From: a virus
Lineage: Duplodnaviria; Caudoviricetes
Virus record (IMG/VR): IMGVR_UViG_3300032332_000812
Coordinates: 1-42,023 of that record
Reading direction: 5' to 3' (one strand)
Length of the DNA: 42,023 nt
Below, piece after piece: positions 19,039-28,231 of the stretch. The position numbers and the translations under genes are program-made. Below the pieces are notes generated by a model. That model had not been told where the DNA came from and made no database searches. It saw only the letters and a program-made list of their open reading frames with translations. Position 1 is the first letter of the stretch. Each line of letters opens with the position of its first letter.

Positions 19039-20109
19039 ATGGCAAAACCATTTGACGTTTCAAAGTTTAGAAAAACAATCACCAAGGCCATCGACGGTAT
19101 TGGCTTTGGATTTAATGATCCCACAGACTGGATCAGCACAAACAATTTCGCATTAAACTACTTGATCTCGGGTGAGTTCAACAAAGGAATTCCCCTGGGC
19201 AAGGTAACAGTATTTGCTGGTGAATCCGGCGCAGGCAAGAGTTTTATCTGTAGTGGTAATCTTGTCAAGAATGCACAGGCACAGGGCATCTATGTGATCT
19301 TGATCGACACAGAGAATGCACTGGATGAAAAGTGGTTACATGCCTTGGGTGTAGACACCACAGAAGACAAACTGCTCAAGTTGAACATGGCCATGATCGA
19401 TGATGTGGCCAAAATGATCAGCGAGTTTGTCAAGGAATACAAGTCAATCGCAGAAGATCAACGTCCCAAGGTCCTGTTTGTACTAGACAGTCTTGGTATG
19501 ATGTTGACACCCACAGACGTTAACCAGTTTGAAGCCGGAGACATGAAAGGTGACATGGGTCGTAAGCCCAAAGCACTCACAGCCTTGGTTCGCAACTGTG
19601 TTAACATGTTTGGCAACTTGAACTTGGGACTGGTGTGTACCAATCACACCTACGCCAGTCAAGACATGTTTGATCCCGATGACAAAATTTCAGGCGGTCA
19701 GGGCTTTATCTATGCATCGAGCATTGTTGTTGCCATGCGCAAATTGAAATTGAAAGAGGACGAGGACGGCAACAAGATTAGCGAAGTAAAAGGTATTCGT
19801 GCTGCTTGCAAGATCATGAAGACACGCTACAGCAAACCGTTTGAATCGGTACAGGTCAAGATCCCTTACGAAACCGGCATGAACCCATACTCGGGCCTAA
19901 CTGATTTGTTTGAAGGACGCAGTCTTTTAAAGAAGGAAGGCAACAGTTTGGTATATACTGATGCTGATGGCGAAATCATCAAGAAGTTCCGCAAAGGGTG
20001 GGAACGCAATGATGATGGTTGCTTGGATCGAGTAATGGCAGACATCGAAGCCAATCCCGGGCAAGCACAGGTTGCATCAGTTACAATTGAAGAAACGGAA
20101 CAATCATGA
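19039..20109 (+). CDS. uvsX: RecA-like recombinase UvsX
   Basis: GESGAGKS P-loop, IDTENA, VLDSLG, NHTY, SGG..FIYASS, KTRY. Confidence 0.95.
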   Translation: MAKPFDVSKFRKTITKAIDGIGFGFNDPTDWISTNNFALNYLISGEFNKGIPLGKVTVFAGESGAGKSFICSGNLVKNAQAQGIYVILIDTENALDEKWLHALGVDTTEDKLLKLNMAMIDDVAKMISEFVKEYKSIAEDQRPKVLFVLDSLGMMLTPTDVNQFEAGDMKGDMGRKPKALTALVRNCVNMFGNLNLGLVCTNHTYASQDMFDPDDKISGGQGFIYASSIVVAMRKLKLKEDEDGNKISEVKGIRAACKIMKTRYSKPFESVQVKIPYETGMNPYSGLTDLFEGRSLLKKEGNSLVYTDADGEIIKKFRKGWERNDDGCLDRVMADIEANPGQAQVASVTIEETEQS

Positions 20110-20342
20110 GCCTAGAAGTTGATGCACTGATTGAGACCTATACAGTTCTCAAAGAATATGTGCCTGCCAAAGAACGCCAAGCAGCCGCCGACGCTCTAAT
20201 GAGTGTCATGGTGGACATGCTGAATGATCTAGATATCAAGGAATTGATATCTGTAGATTCATATCTGCGACGCAGTTATGAAGAATACGCAGATGATGCA
20301 GACGCCCAAGACGACGACTACAATAGCGACTACGAAGACTAA
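20106..20342 (+). CDS. Hypothetical protein with acidic tail
   Basis: 78-aa ORF coupled between uvsX and uvsY. Confidence 0.7.
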   Translation: MSLEVDALIETYTVLKEYVPAKERQAAADALMSVMVDMLNDLDIKELISVDSYLRRSYEEYADDADAQDDDYNSDYED

Positions 20343-20344
20343 GC

Positions 20345-20800
20345 ATGTGGTATAACCGTGTAGTTGGTGATATCAGCCAGCTGGCGCCATTCATCTCTTA
20401 CTACGAAGCTGAATTGGAAACTGCCAAGCGCGAAGTACATATTTTTGGTGTGGTGGAAAAGAACATTTCTAATCTACCGGGCACAACTGAACAGCGGTTC
20501 AACCAGCTGCAAGAAATTGAAGCTGTGTTGAACTTCTTGAACATACAGTTAAAGAAGATACGTCGCCGACATTTTCAAAAGTATCTGGAAGGATATCAAC
20601 GTGCCTTGACCAGTAGAGATGCTGAAAAGTACGTGGATGGTGAGGACGAAGTGATTGACTACGAAACCATTATCAATGAGGTTGCCCTGTTGAGAAATCG
20701 CTGGCTGGGCATCATGAAAGGGCTCGAAAGCAAGAATTTCATGCTGGGACACGTGGTTCGCTTACGTGCAGCAGGCATGGAAGACATCACAATCAACTAG
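20345..20800 (+). CDS. uvsY: Recombination mediator UvsY-like
   Basis: Helical 151 aa; KYVDGEDEV, GIMKGLESKNFMLGHVVRLRAAG; context. Confidence 0.8.
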   Translation: MWYNRVVGDISQLAPFISYYEAELETAKREVHIFGVVEKNISNLPGTTEQRFNQLQEIEAVLNFLNIQLKKIRRRHFQKYLEGYQRALTSRDAEKYVDGEDEVIDYETIINEVALLRNRWLGIMKGLESKNFMLGHVVRLRAAGMEDITIN

Positions 20801-20807
20801 ATTCTGG

Positions 20808-20836
20808 TTGACAAGGCCCCAAAACTGTGTTATAAT
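20808..20836 (+). promoter_or_regulatory. Consensus sigma70 (early) promoter
   Basis: TTGACA-17 nt-TATAAT. Confidence 0.85.
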
Positions 20837-20863
20837 AAATACATGTATTCGGCGAGGTCCACT

Positions 20864-21013
20864 ATGAAAATTGTTGTAAAAATCCCACAGAATCCGCAGC
20901 CCCGTGCTCACCGGGTCCTGTTCGATCGCAACTTGCCGTTCCGTGCTCGTGTAGTAAAATCACAGCTGGAATATCGTCGTCAACCCAAGCATCGCAATGC
21001 GCACCAGGACTAA
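20864..21013 (+). CDS. 49-aa basic peptide, ArfA-like (missing from ORF track)
   Basis: GAGG RBS; MKIVVKIPQNPQPRAHRVLFDRNLPFRARVVKSQLEYRRQPKHRNAHQD. Confidence 0.6.
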   Translation: MKIVVKIPQNPQPRAHRVLFDRNLPFRARVVKSQLEYRRQPKHRNAHQD

Positions 21014-21017
21014 GCCC

Positions 21018-21224
21018 ATGTCAGTAGATAATGTAACCAGCATCACCAGGCACAACAACGAACAATATCGTTTGATGTCAATACGCCATGTTGATCAACA
21101 ACATGCGGAAAAAGTGCAACAAGAACGCAAGGCCAAAATCAATCACGAAATAACCGAAGCTGAACGGGTCGCGCAGAATCGACGCATGAATCGCCCCGGA
21201 CAAAACATAGACAAATTCGCTTAA
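21018..21224 (+). CDS. Hypothetical protein
   Basis: ATG 21018 follows the upstream stop; 68 aa. Confidence 0.55.
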   Translation: MSVDNVTSITRHNNEQYRLMSIRHVDQQHAEKVQQERKAKINHEITEAERVAQNRRMNRPGQNIDKFA

Positions 21225-21228
21225 CACT

Positions 21229-21693
21229 ATGCCAAAATGCTATCAACTGATTGGAGTGCCGGCCTCAGGCAAAAGCACCTGGATTAAAAATCAAGAATGG
21301 ATGTTGGGGCTGACCATAGTTAATACCGACGTATTTGTAGAGGACTACGCTAGAACACAGGGCAAGACCTATAGTGAAGTGTTTGCCGAATACATGCCCA
21401 CAGCCATTGACCTAATGATTGAACAAGTTGTATTCGCACGTGAACACGGACATGATATTATTTGGGATCAGACCAGTACCACTATTGCTAGTCGTACTAG
21501 AAAGTTTCGCATGTTGCCTGACTACGAGCATATTGCTGTGGTGTTCCGGACCCCACCACGAGATGAATTGGATGTACGGCTTAGCGGCCGCCCAGGCAAG
21601 CACATTCCCAAAACAGTCATTGACAGCATGATCCAAGGTTGGGACGAGCCCGAACTGGAAGAAGGCTTTGAAGAAATATGGTACGCTGCTTGA
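21229..21693 (+). CDS. P-loop kinase (AAA_33 / polynucleotide-kinase-like)
   Basis: LIGVPASGKSTW, IIWDQTS, R..GRPGKHIP..VI. Confidence 0.85.
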   Translation: MPKCYQLIGVPASGKSTWIKNQEWMLGLTIVNTDVFVEDYARTQGKTYSEVFAEYMPTAIDLMIEQVVFAREHGHDIIWDQTSTTIASRTRKFRMLPDYEHIAVVFRTPPRDELDVRLSGRPGKHIPKTVIDSMIQGWDEPELEEGFEEIWYAA

Positions 21694-21718
21694 CACCAGC
21701 GCAGAACACTGTTATAAT
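21690..21718 (+). promoter_or_regulatory. Consensus sigma70 promoter
   Basis: TTGACA-17 nt-TATAAT. Confidence 0.85.
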
Positions 21719-21743
21719 TGTTTAACCAACCAGGAGAATAGCA

Positions 21744-21974
21744 ATGTACAAAACTGTTTACACAGAAGTGGAAGTTGATGTTGATTTGAGTGACTTTGAA
21801 ACTGATGACCTAATTGAAGAATTAGAAGAACGTGGACAGAACATGGGCAATGGTACTGGACCATATGATAGTAAGGAACTAGTGGAACAAATTTGGATGC
21901 GGCGCCGTAACGGTCAAGATTATAATTATCTATTGGATCAATTGATTTATAATGTAACTGGTCGAATTATCTAA
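21744..21974 (+). CDS. Hypothetical protein
   Basis: AGGAG RBS; acidic VDVDLSDFETDDLIEELEERG. Confidence 0.75.
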   Translation: MYKTVYTEVEVDVDLSDFETDDLIEELEERGQNMGNGTGPYDSKELVEQIWMRRRNGQDYNYLLDQLIYNVTGRII

Positions 21975-21987
21975 TACCGGGGTCACT

Positions 21988-22338
21988 ATGACAGGTTGGA
22001 ACACAATCAAACACATTCGTTCAATTGAAGAACGTGCCGATCAACTGGGCATGAAGTTGGCTCCCTATCGGCATGATCACGGGCACGGTGAAAATGTAGC
22101 ATTGGTCCCAAAAGACAATGACGCATTGCCCATCTACACCCGTGATGCTATTTTGTTTGCTGGGTCATTAGAAGCAGCTGATCAGTTCATGCAAGGTGTG
22201 CTTTGGGCACGAGAATATGACCGCATGGTGGTCGATAAAAACATTGATGCCAAGCGAGCTCGTAAAGAACAAGATGAACGCAACAAGCAGTTGGTTCGAC
22301 GACTATCGGACAAAAAACTAGATTTGGTGGGAACATGA
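21988..22338 (+). CDS. Hypothetical protein
   Basis: 116-aa ORF in a tightly packed operon. Confidence 0.7.
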   Translation: MTGWNTIKHIRSIEERADQLGMKLAPYRHDHGHGENVALVPKDNDALPIYTRDAILFAGSLEAADQFMQGVLWAREYDRMVVDKNIDAKRARKEQDERNKQLVRRLSDKKLDLVGT

Positions 22339-22745
22339 CACTGACCGAGCACAGCACCAACCGTCTGCTTGCAACCTTTGCACAGTGGCATGTTGAACAT
22401 GAATATCACCAGCACGTGACCAGCTATCTAGTACATGGTTTTGACCCAGGTAGCTTTTATACTGCGGTATTTGCCAACGACTTCGCCGGCGCCATGCGTT
22501 CGAGCCATCCCGGTAATCAAGTGGATGGTCTAAAAAATCTAGCAGGGTGGATGCAGGAACGCATGCCACGAGAATCCTGGGGCAGTCGTGAAGCAGTTAA
22601 ACGCTGGCTGGCGCTTGACGAGGCTGAACGTAGAGCTGTACTGGAATATCACCAGCTGGTGTATGATACCAAAACAGAAATGTGGTTGGTGCTTAAAGAT
22701 GAGCCAACTACCGATCCCTATGAAGATGAGATATATTGGCCATGA
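22335..22745 (+). CDS. Hypothetical protein
   Basis: ATGA overlap; YLVHGFDPGSFYTAVFANDF..A, SWGS...V..W. Confidence 0.7.
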   Translation: MTLTEHSTNRLLATFAQWHVEHEYHQHVTSYLVHGFDPGSFYTAVFANDFAGAMRSSHPGNQVDGLKNLAGWMQERMPRESWGSREAVKRWLALDEAERRAVLEYHQLVYDTKTEMWLVLKDEPTTDPYEDEIYWP

Positions 22746-22972
22746 ATAAGTTACCGCATCTGAGATGGCATCCGGATCCCACATGCCCGCTGGGTGTTAG
22801 TGGTCAAGCAAAATTGGTTGCTGACTACGATCACATGGACCGCAGATATACCAACCAACGTATGCGAACACTGATGCGTGAATTAGATCAATTGGCAGTT
22901 AGACGTGACTATTTTGTAAGTGAAGATGCATTAGTTGAATTGTATAGAAAACATTTTGGAATTGAAAAATGA
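22742..22972 (+). CDS. Hypothetical protein
   Basis: ATGA overlaps at both ends. Confidence 0.6.
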   Translation: MNKLPHLRWHPDPTCPLGVSGQAKLVADYDHMDRRYTNQRMRTLMRELDQLAVRRDYFVSEDALVELYRKHFGIEK

Positions 22973-23250
22973 GCACTGAAGAAGATAAATTCAAGCATAG
23001 CAAGCGTCTACTAAAAGATGAAAATGCCATCAACAAACAATTAAAACTTGCCAAGGAATTTGGAGTTCCTGTCAAGGAACCACATAAGTTCGCCAAACAG
23101 CATGCCCTGGATTGCGGCAACCCACAATGCCTGCTGTGCTCAAGCGAAAAAGTACTAGGGAAAAAGACCATCAAAGAACGACGCTTTGAGCAAGATGTAG
23201 ATACACGAACAGATCGACGCAGTAACGGAGTAGAACCCAATGAAGAATGA
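22969..23250 (+). CDS. Hypothetical basic protein with Cys cluster
   Basis: HALDCGNPQCLLC putative Zn site. Confidence 0.7.
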   Translation: MSTEEDKFKHSKRLLKDENAINKQLKLAKEFGVPVKEPHKFAKQHALDCGNPQCLLCSSEKVLGKKTIKERRFEQDVDTRTDRRSNGVEPNEE

Positions 23251-23428
23251 TCCTGTAAAACAGCGCATGAGCGAGCTCATGGCACCAATAGATCAACAAA
23301 TTCTCATGTGCGACACTAGAGAAGACATGCTCATGATGGCATGTGCCATGATGCAGCGCACAAACGAAATATTTGAATCTCATCTGGGCATTGAGGGTAG
23401 GAAACAGATGTACAAGGATCAAGTATGA
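23240..23428 (+). CDS. Hypothetical protein
   Basis: GGAG RBS; coupled to neighbours. Confidence 0.6.
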   Translation: MKNDPVKQRMSELMAPIDQQILMCDTREDMLMMACAMMQRTNEIFESHLGIEGRKQMYKDQV

Positions 23429-23913
23429 TTATATATTTAGACATGGATGATGTTGTGGCCGATTGGATGGTGGCAGCTAGAGACATTGTCAAACGCAATT
23501 GGAATTACGGCGAGCGTATACCCGATGAAGATTGGGACAAGGTCAAAGCCAAGCAGCGTTTCTATCGCGACTTGCCGGTCAAACCCGGTGCTGAGGATCT
23601 AGTGGAATACTGCCGTGCAGCAGTTGACGCTGGGAGGGCTGATGGATTGTTCTTCCTAACAGCCCTACCACACGACTACAGCGTACCCTATGCAGCACAA
23701 GACAAGGTCTGGTGGGCGCACGAACGTTTCCCGGGTATTCCTGTGTTCTTTGGACCATTCAGTCATGACAAATACAAGCATTGTCGCCCGGGCGATATCT
23801 TGATTGACGACCGTACCAGCAACTGTGTAGAGTGGGAAAATGCAGGCGGACATGCACACATCTATCGCACCTGGGCAGAATGCCAACCTTGGCTTGAGGC
23901 GCAGTTGACATGA
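23425..23913 (+). CDS. HAD-family 5'(3')-deoxyribonucleotidase-like protein
   Basis: YLDMDDVVAD motif I, FLTA, K..W, ILIDDR..N..EW..AGG. Confidence 0.85.
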   Translation: MIIYLDMDDVVADWMVAARDIVKRNWNYGERIPDEDWDKVKAKQRFYRDLPVKPGAEDLVEYCRAAVDAGRADGLFFLTALPHDYSVPYAAQDKVWWAHERFPGIPVFFGPFSHDKYKHCRPGDILIDDRTSNCVEWENAGGHAHIYRTWAECQPWLEAQLT

Positions 23914-24176
23914 TCAATATTGAGTTCAGTATATCCAATCCTTTCAGTGAAAGATTTGGTCATATACTACTGCGCCACGGATCTATTACTGGTAATAAAT
24001 CATGGGAATTCAATATCTATCGTGGCACAAATATCTTCACCATGCTGTTTAGATATACTGCTAGACAAGATCATGCTGGCCTAAAACTTCAATTTGGACT
24101 CTTTGGTTACGAGTGTGACTTGTATCTGTACGATACACGGCACTGGGACTATAAAGAAAATCGCTGGCATAGATAG
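23910..24176 (+). CDS. Hypothetical protein
   Basis: ATGA overlap; ends YDTRHWDY. Confidence 0.65.
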   Translation: MINIEFSISNPFSERFGHILLRHGSITGNKSWEFNIYRGTNIFTMLFRYTARQDHAGLKLQFGLFGYECDLYLYDTRHWDYKENRWHR

Positions 24177-24191
24177 ACAGTTAAATACTGT

Positions 24192-24443
24192 GTGGACTTT
24201 CAAACAACTGCAAGAGAACTGCTAGACGAGTGGGAACTGTATCGCACAGCCCGACCTCGCGAGCATGTGCTCAGCATACAGTTCGATAAAGATCAGCTGG
24301 GCAATTGGGCGTTACAACTGCGCCGCGCCATGATGTGGGGCAGTGCTGTTGAACTGGCCGAAGCATGCCATCAATTTGAGCAGCGACTCACACGTTTCAA
24401 AGACAACATAGTGATTGAACTGTTGACTAACGGATCAGTCTAA
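24192..24443 (+). CDS. Hypothetical protein (GTG start)
   Basis: TAAATA 4 nt upstream of GTG. Confidence 0.6.
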   Translation: MDFQTTARELLDEWELYRTARPREHVLSIQFDKDQLGNWALQLRRAMMWGSAVELAEACHQFEQRLTRFKDNIVIELLTNGSV

Positions 24444-24474
24444 GCATAAATACTTTATAACAGGTAATCATGCC

Positions 24475-25740
24475 ATGACCGATATAAGAAAATTAATCAA
24501 CCTCATTAAAATAAATGAATCTGCGGTAGACGATCGTCAGCTGGCACATCTTAAAACCATTATTTCGGGAAAAATCAAAGAGCTGCCACCAGATGATACC
24601 ACTATCAAAGCACTCCGCGAGATAGAAGATTTATTGCGTCACGTCAACGCTGGCGGAAAAATGGGAATAATAAACGGCGAGTTAGAAAAAGTTGATGATC
24701 CCACGGTACATGCAGCGCAGAAAGATTTGGCCCGTTACCTGTTGAGCATGGAGATGACCCCAGAGCAGCGTGAAGATTTGTTTAGTCTATGGCGCAGCGA
24801 CAAGTTGGTTAAACACAATGTATTGACCAAAATAGGTAAAAGTGATTTTAGCAAAATCATTACCAACTACGACAAAAATCCAGCCATTAAAGAATTCGTT
24901 AACGACATGATGCGTATATCTGCGCTGGGTCAAGGTAAAGGCGAGTTTGGCCTCAATGTGCTCAGCAAGCGTATCAACAAACAAGAAGGCAAAGGCGACT
25001 TAAATATTGCCGGGCGACCAATTGAAGTTAAAACCACAGATGGCGGTGCCGGAAGATTTACTGATCAAGAAGTGCGCCCGGGCAATGGCTTTGAAAAAGT
25101 AGCACGTGAGTTGTTTGGTCTACTACAACCATACCAAAAAAAGCTGACCAAGAGTGGTATGAACCTGGAAAACATCATCCAATTGGTTGAGATAATGAGC
25201 GGCAATCCTGACATGAAAAAAGAAGTAGCCAACATAGTGTCACTGATTGAAAAATCAGTTACTTTAATTTTTGCTGGTGAGGACGTCAGTAAAATACTAG
25301 CTGCTATCAAACAAGGTAATAGCAATCTGGCCAAGCAAGAGTATGCCAAGACCAGTTTTAACTATTATATGAATAAGAAAAACGATGAGGGTGTATTGTA
25401 TATCAGCCTGGTCAAAGATCCTATAATGACTGTGTTCTTTAAAAACGCCAATGATCTTGCAGCCAGTGGATTAAGATTACATGCTGGTACCATTTACATC
25501 ACCAGTGTAGATGATGTGCGCCTGCCTTACCCACAGTTGGAAATTGTTGACACCAGTGCAGGGCCATCGTTTGATGACGCCGAAGGTGGTGGGGTTGGTT
25601 CTGTAGGATCTGTAGGAGCCGTGCCTGAGCCAGAGATGCCAGACCCCAAAGCCAGTATGAGTGCAGATGCCATAACACCGCAAGCACCAGTTAACCCCAA
25701 ACCCCTGGCAGACCGAATAGGTAGGACAAAAAGAGCTTGA
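24475..25740 (+). CDS. Late-expressed protein with PD-(D/E)XK-like nuclease motif
   Basis: GKGE...GDLNIAGRPIEVKT; late promoter at 24447; N-terminus MTDIRKLINLIKINES. Confidence 0.6.
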   Translation: MTDIRKLINLIKINESAVDDRQLAHLKTIISGKIKELPPDDTTIKALREIEDLLRHVNAGGKMGIINGELEKVDDPTVHAAQKDLARYLLSMEMTPEQREDLFSLWRSDKLVKHNVLTKIGKSDFSKIITNYDKNPAIKEFVNDMMRISALGQGKGEFGLNVLSKRINKQEGKGDLNIAGRPIEVKTTDGGAGRFTDQEVRPGNGFEKVARELFGLLQPYQKKLTKSGMNLENIIQLVEIMSGNPDMKKEVANIVSLIEKSVTLIFAGEDVSKILAAIKQGNSNLAKQEYAKTSFNYYMNKKNDEGVLYISLVKDPIMTVFFKNANDLAASGLRLHAGTIYITSVDDVRLPYPQLEIVDTSAGPSFDDAEGGGVGSVGSVGAVPEPEMPDPKASMSADAITPQAPVNPKPLADRIGRTKRA

Positions 25741-25765
25741 CAACCAGCTAGAGCTCTTGTATAAT
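25737..25765 (+). promoter_or_regulatory. Consensus sigma70 promoter for the tRNA
   Basis: TTGACA-17 nt-TATAAT, 8 nt before the tRNA 5' end. Confidence 0.85.
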
Positions 25766-25773
25766 ACACACAA

Positions 25774-25851
<78 letters not shown>

Positions 25852-25864
25852 AATACCCTAGACA

Positions 25865-26473
25865 ATGACTTACACAACTTGGTCTACAACCAGCAACACT
25901 ATCACAGCGGCAGAACTTGACAAGTTAGCTGCCTTTATCGATCAAGAAATCACCAACAGCACAGAACCTGCTGCTGCCAATATGGGACTAAATCCCCCAG
26001 CTGGTTTCTTGTACAATATAAAAAATCAATTACGATGGCAAGCTGATGCAGGCGCTGTATACGTCGTTGAACATGATGATCAAATTGTAGCAGTCAGTGG
26101 TGTAGAGTATGCAGAAGGCACAAGATCATGGGCCATTGGTGGTATACGCACATGGATCACACCAACACACCGTACACAACAATTGCCTGGCGAAATGTTG
26201 AGGCAACAGACTGTGTGGGCACGTGAGCACAAATGTAATTTCATGCTGGTGACATTTAACGAATATAATCGCGCACTGTACACAGCAGTCAGCCGCGGCA
26301 TATATCGTAAAAGTCCAGGCTGGAGCACATGGTGGGATGACTGCACAGCAGTGCCTGATCCGGTTGTGATAAGATACACTGAACAGTGGTGTGTGATAAA
26401 ACCTGTCCTAGAGCAAGACAACCACAGTAATCTACTAGAATTAGCAGTATGGTCTACTGCTGCGAATAAATAA
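25865..26473 (+). CDS. GNAT-fold acyltransferase-like protein
   Basis: YVVEHDDQIVAVSGV, RTWITPTHRTQQL (motif A-like), WAREH, VTFNEYNRALY. Confidence 0.65.
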   Translation: MTYTTWSTTSNTITAAELDKLAAFIDQEITNSTEPAAANMGLNPPAGFLYNIKNQLRWQADAGAVYVVEHDDQIVAVSGVEYAEGTRSWAIGGIRTWITPTHRTQQLPGEMLRQQTVWAREHKCNFMLVTFNEYNRALYTAVSRGIYRKSPGWSTWWDDCTAVPDPVVIRYTEQWCVIKPVLEQDNHSNLLELAVWSTAANK

Positions 26474-26492
26474 TTGATCAACAAGGAATATC

Positions 26493-26717
26493 ATGAACGA
26501 TACCGAAAAATTAGCACTGATTTGCCGCGGCCTGGTAGAAATCAAAGGCAGAGAACTAAAAGCAGAAATCACTCCAGAAACCACATTGAGCAATGGTGGC
26601 CTTGACAGTCTGGATTCAATTGAACTACAGATGTGGATGGAAGAAACTCTGGGAAGAGAAATTCCAGAACCTGCATCTGCACCAGTGACCTTTAAGGACC
26701 TGATGGAGATGCTGTGA
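26493..26717 (+). CDS. Acyl carrier protein
   Basis: 74 aa, acidic; ITPETTL..GGLDSLDSIEL..WMEE phosphopantetheine site; AAGGA RBS; aTAAATA at 26467. Confidence 0.88.
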   Translation: MNDTEKLALICRGLVEIKGRELKAEITPETTLSNGGLDSLDSIELQMWMEETLGREIPEPASAPVTFKDLMEML

Positions 26718-26718
26718 C

Positions 26719-27648
26719 ATGCAGTTTACTCTAGGCAATCATTTAAAGTACTGGATCGAAGATAGACTATACGGACGCAGGGAATTACCCACTGACCGCT
26801 ATCGCGTAGAAGTAGGAGCAGTTGATCTAGATCAACTGCGCACCAGCAGCTGGCTCAAAGAACAATACCGCACAGCAGAAGCGGTGCGTGATCAGTTTGG
26901 TAAAGATTTTGTAGTCCTGTTCAGTGGCGGGACTGATAGCGAAATTGTTCTTAGAGCATTCCGTAAGGTTGGTGTGCGACCTAGAGTGGTATTCATACGT
27001 TTTGAAAATCGCTACAACAACATTGATTATATCAATGCACAAATGGTATGCGAGCAACTGGACATAGACTTAGAAGTCGCCGATGTCAAGGTCAAGGAAT
27101 TTTACAACAGCGGCGCCGCAGCGGAGTTTGCTGGAGAAATTGACTGTAGGCAAATGGCATACCTCACAGTGTATAACGAAATAAAACGCATGGGCATGCC
27201 TGCTGTCATGGGCGGGGAGATGTTGCTGCGCCGCCAGGTGCCTGCTGATCGGGACAGCTTCTGGTACTATGTGATACGTGAAAACGAAGATGCCAGTGCC
27301 ATGCGTTTCAGTCTCAAATACCAAATACCCTTGGTCAATGAATGGTTCAGCTACACACCAGAAATGATGGTGTATTACCTTGAGAATTCCTGGATACGCG
27401 GCATGGTCACCCAACGATTCAATTACAAACTAGGCAGTGTTAGCACAAAAAACAAAGTTCTATACGAATTCATGCCCGCACTGATACGCAAGGCCAAAAC
27501 CACAGGATATGAAAAACTCTTGGGCTTCAATGAAGAAACCTATAATACGCTGTACCAAACTCATGTGCGTAGATTAGAACCCAGCTTGGATGGCATACCA
27601 CTGACTGACTTATACCGACAATTAGGGATAGACGATGAAAATAATTAA
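26719..27648 (+). CDS. PP-loop (adenine nucleotide alpha-hydrolase) ATPase, asparagine-synthetase-C-like
   Basis: VVLFSGGTDSEIV PP-loop; VMGGE; K..GYEK near the C-terminus; no glutaminase domain. Confidence 0.7.
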   Translation: MQFTLGNHLKYWIEDRLYGRRELPTDRYRVEVGAVDLDQLRTSSWLKEQYRTAEAVRDQFGKDFVVLFSGGTDSEIVLRAFRKVGVRPRVVFIRFENRYNNIDYINAQMVCEQLDIDLEVADVKVKEFYNSGAAAEFAGEIDCRQMAYLTVYNEIKRMGMPAVMGGEMLLRRQVPADRDSFWYYVIRENEDASAMRFSLKYQIPLVNEWFSYTPEMMVYYLENSWIRGMVTQRFNYKLGSVSTKNKVLYEFMPALIRKAKTTGYEKLLGFNEETYNTLYQTHVRRLEPSLDGIPLTDLYRQLGIDDENN

Positions 27649-28231
27649 ACTTACTATGGATCATGCCGAGCATGCCAGACATTTATTTGATAACGAAAAG
27701 TACATGGGAGTTGAAGTCAACAACCAAACCTGGGGTACCACCACACACTATTTTGCACAGCTGACCTACAATAGATTCATCAATGCTTACCTGGCTGATC
27801 TCAAGAACTTTGGTGCCTATGGTGCTGTGGATGATGCAGGCACTGTACAGGCATTTGTCTGCTATTATACCAGCGCAGACGAACCCAGCTGGTTCTATAC
27901 TCTAGCTAGATCCAGTGGCGACAATCGGTTGTTAAAAGATGTGCTGGATGTTATCATTGCCATGCAAGAAGCACAGGGCAGAATGAAAGTTTACTCCTTG
28001 GTCAATGCCGAACACGCAAAAATACTGCGTAGACTGTATTGGAGTGAGTACAACAGCAATCGATACCACTATGTGGATGAGTACATGGTACCAGCTAAAT
28101 ACAAGACCTACTACAATCGAGATTGGGAGTTGTTGTTCAAGCGCAGCCTGCTGCCCAGTGACACCATTGTGCGATGCAGTTTCTTAAAACAAGAATTCCG
28201 TACTAATTTACCAATTGGAGGCAACATATGA
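27635..28231 (+). CDS. Hypothetical protein, possible divergent GNAT fold
   Basis: MKIIKLT, YGAVDDAGTVQAFV, ..QEAQGRMKVYSLV pattern. Confidence 0.5.
   Translation: MKIIKLTMDHAEHARHLFDNEKYMGVEVNNQTWGTTTHYFAQLTYNRFINAYLADLKNFGAYGAVDDAGTVQAFVCYYTSADEPSWFYTLARSSGDNRLLKDVLDVIIAMQEAQGRMKVYSLVNAEHAKILRRLYWSEYNSNRYHYVDEYMVPAKYKTYYNRDWELLFKRSLLPSDTIVRCSFLKQEFRTNLPIGGNI

Noticed and set aside
26719-27648. Calling the PP-loop protein TilS because of the neighbouring tRNA(CAT)
   Set aside because: Only SGGxDS is shared; I see no TilS-type H..DD.AET or RPLL motifs
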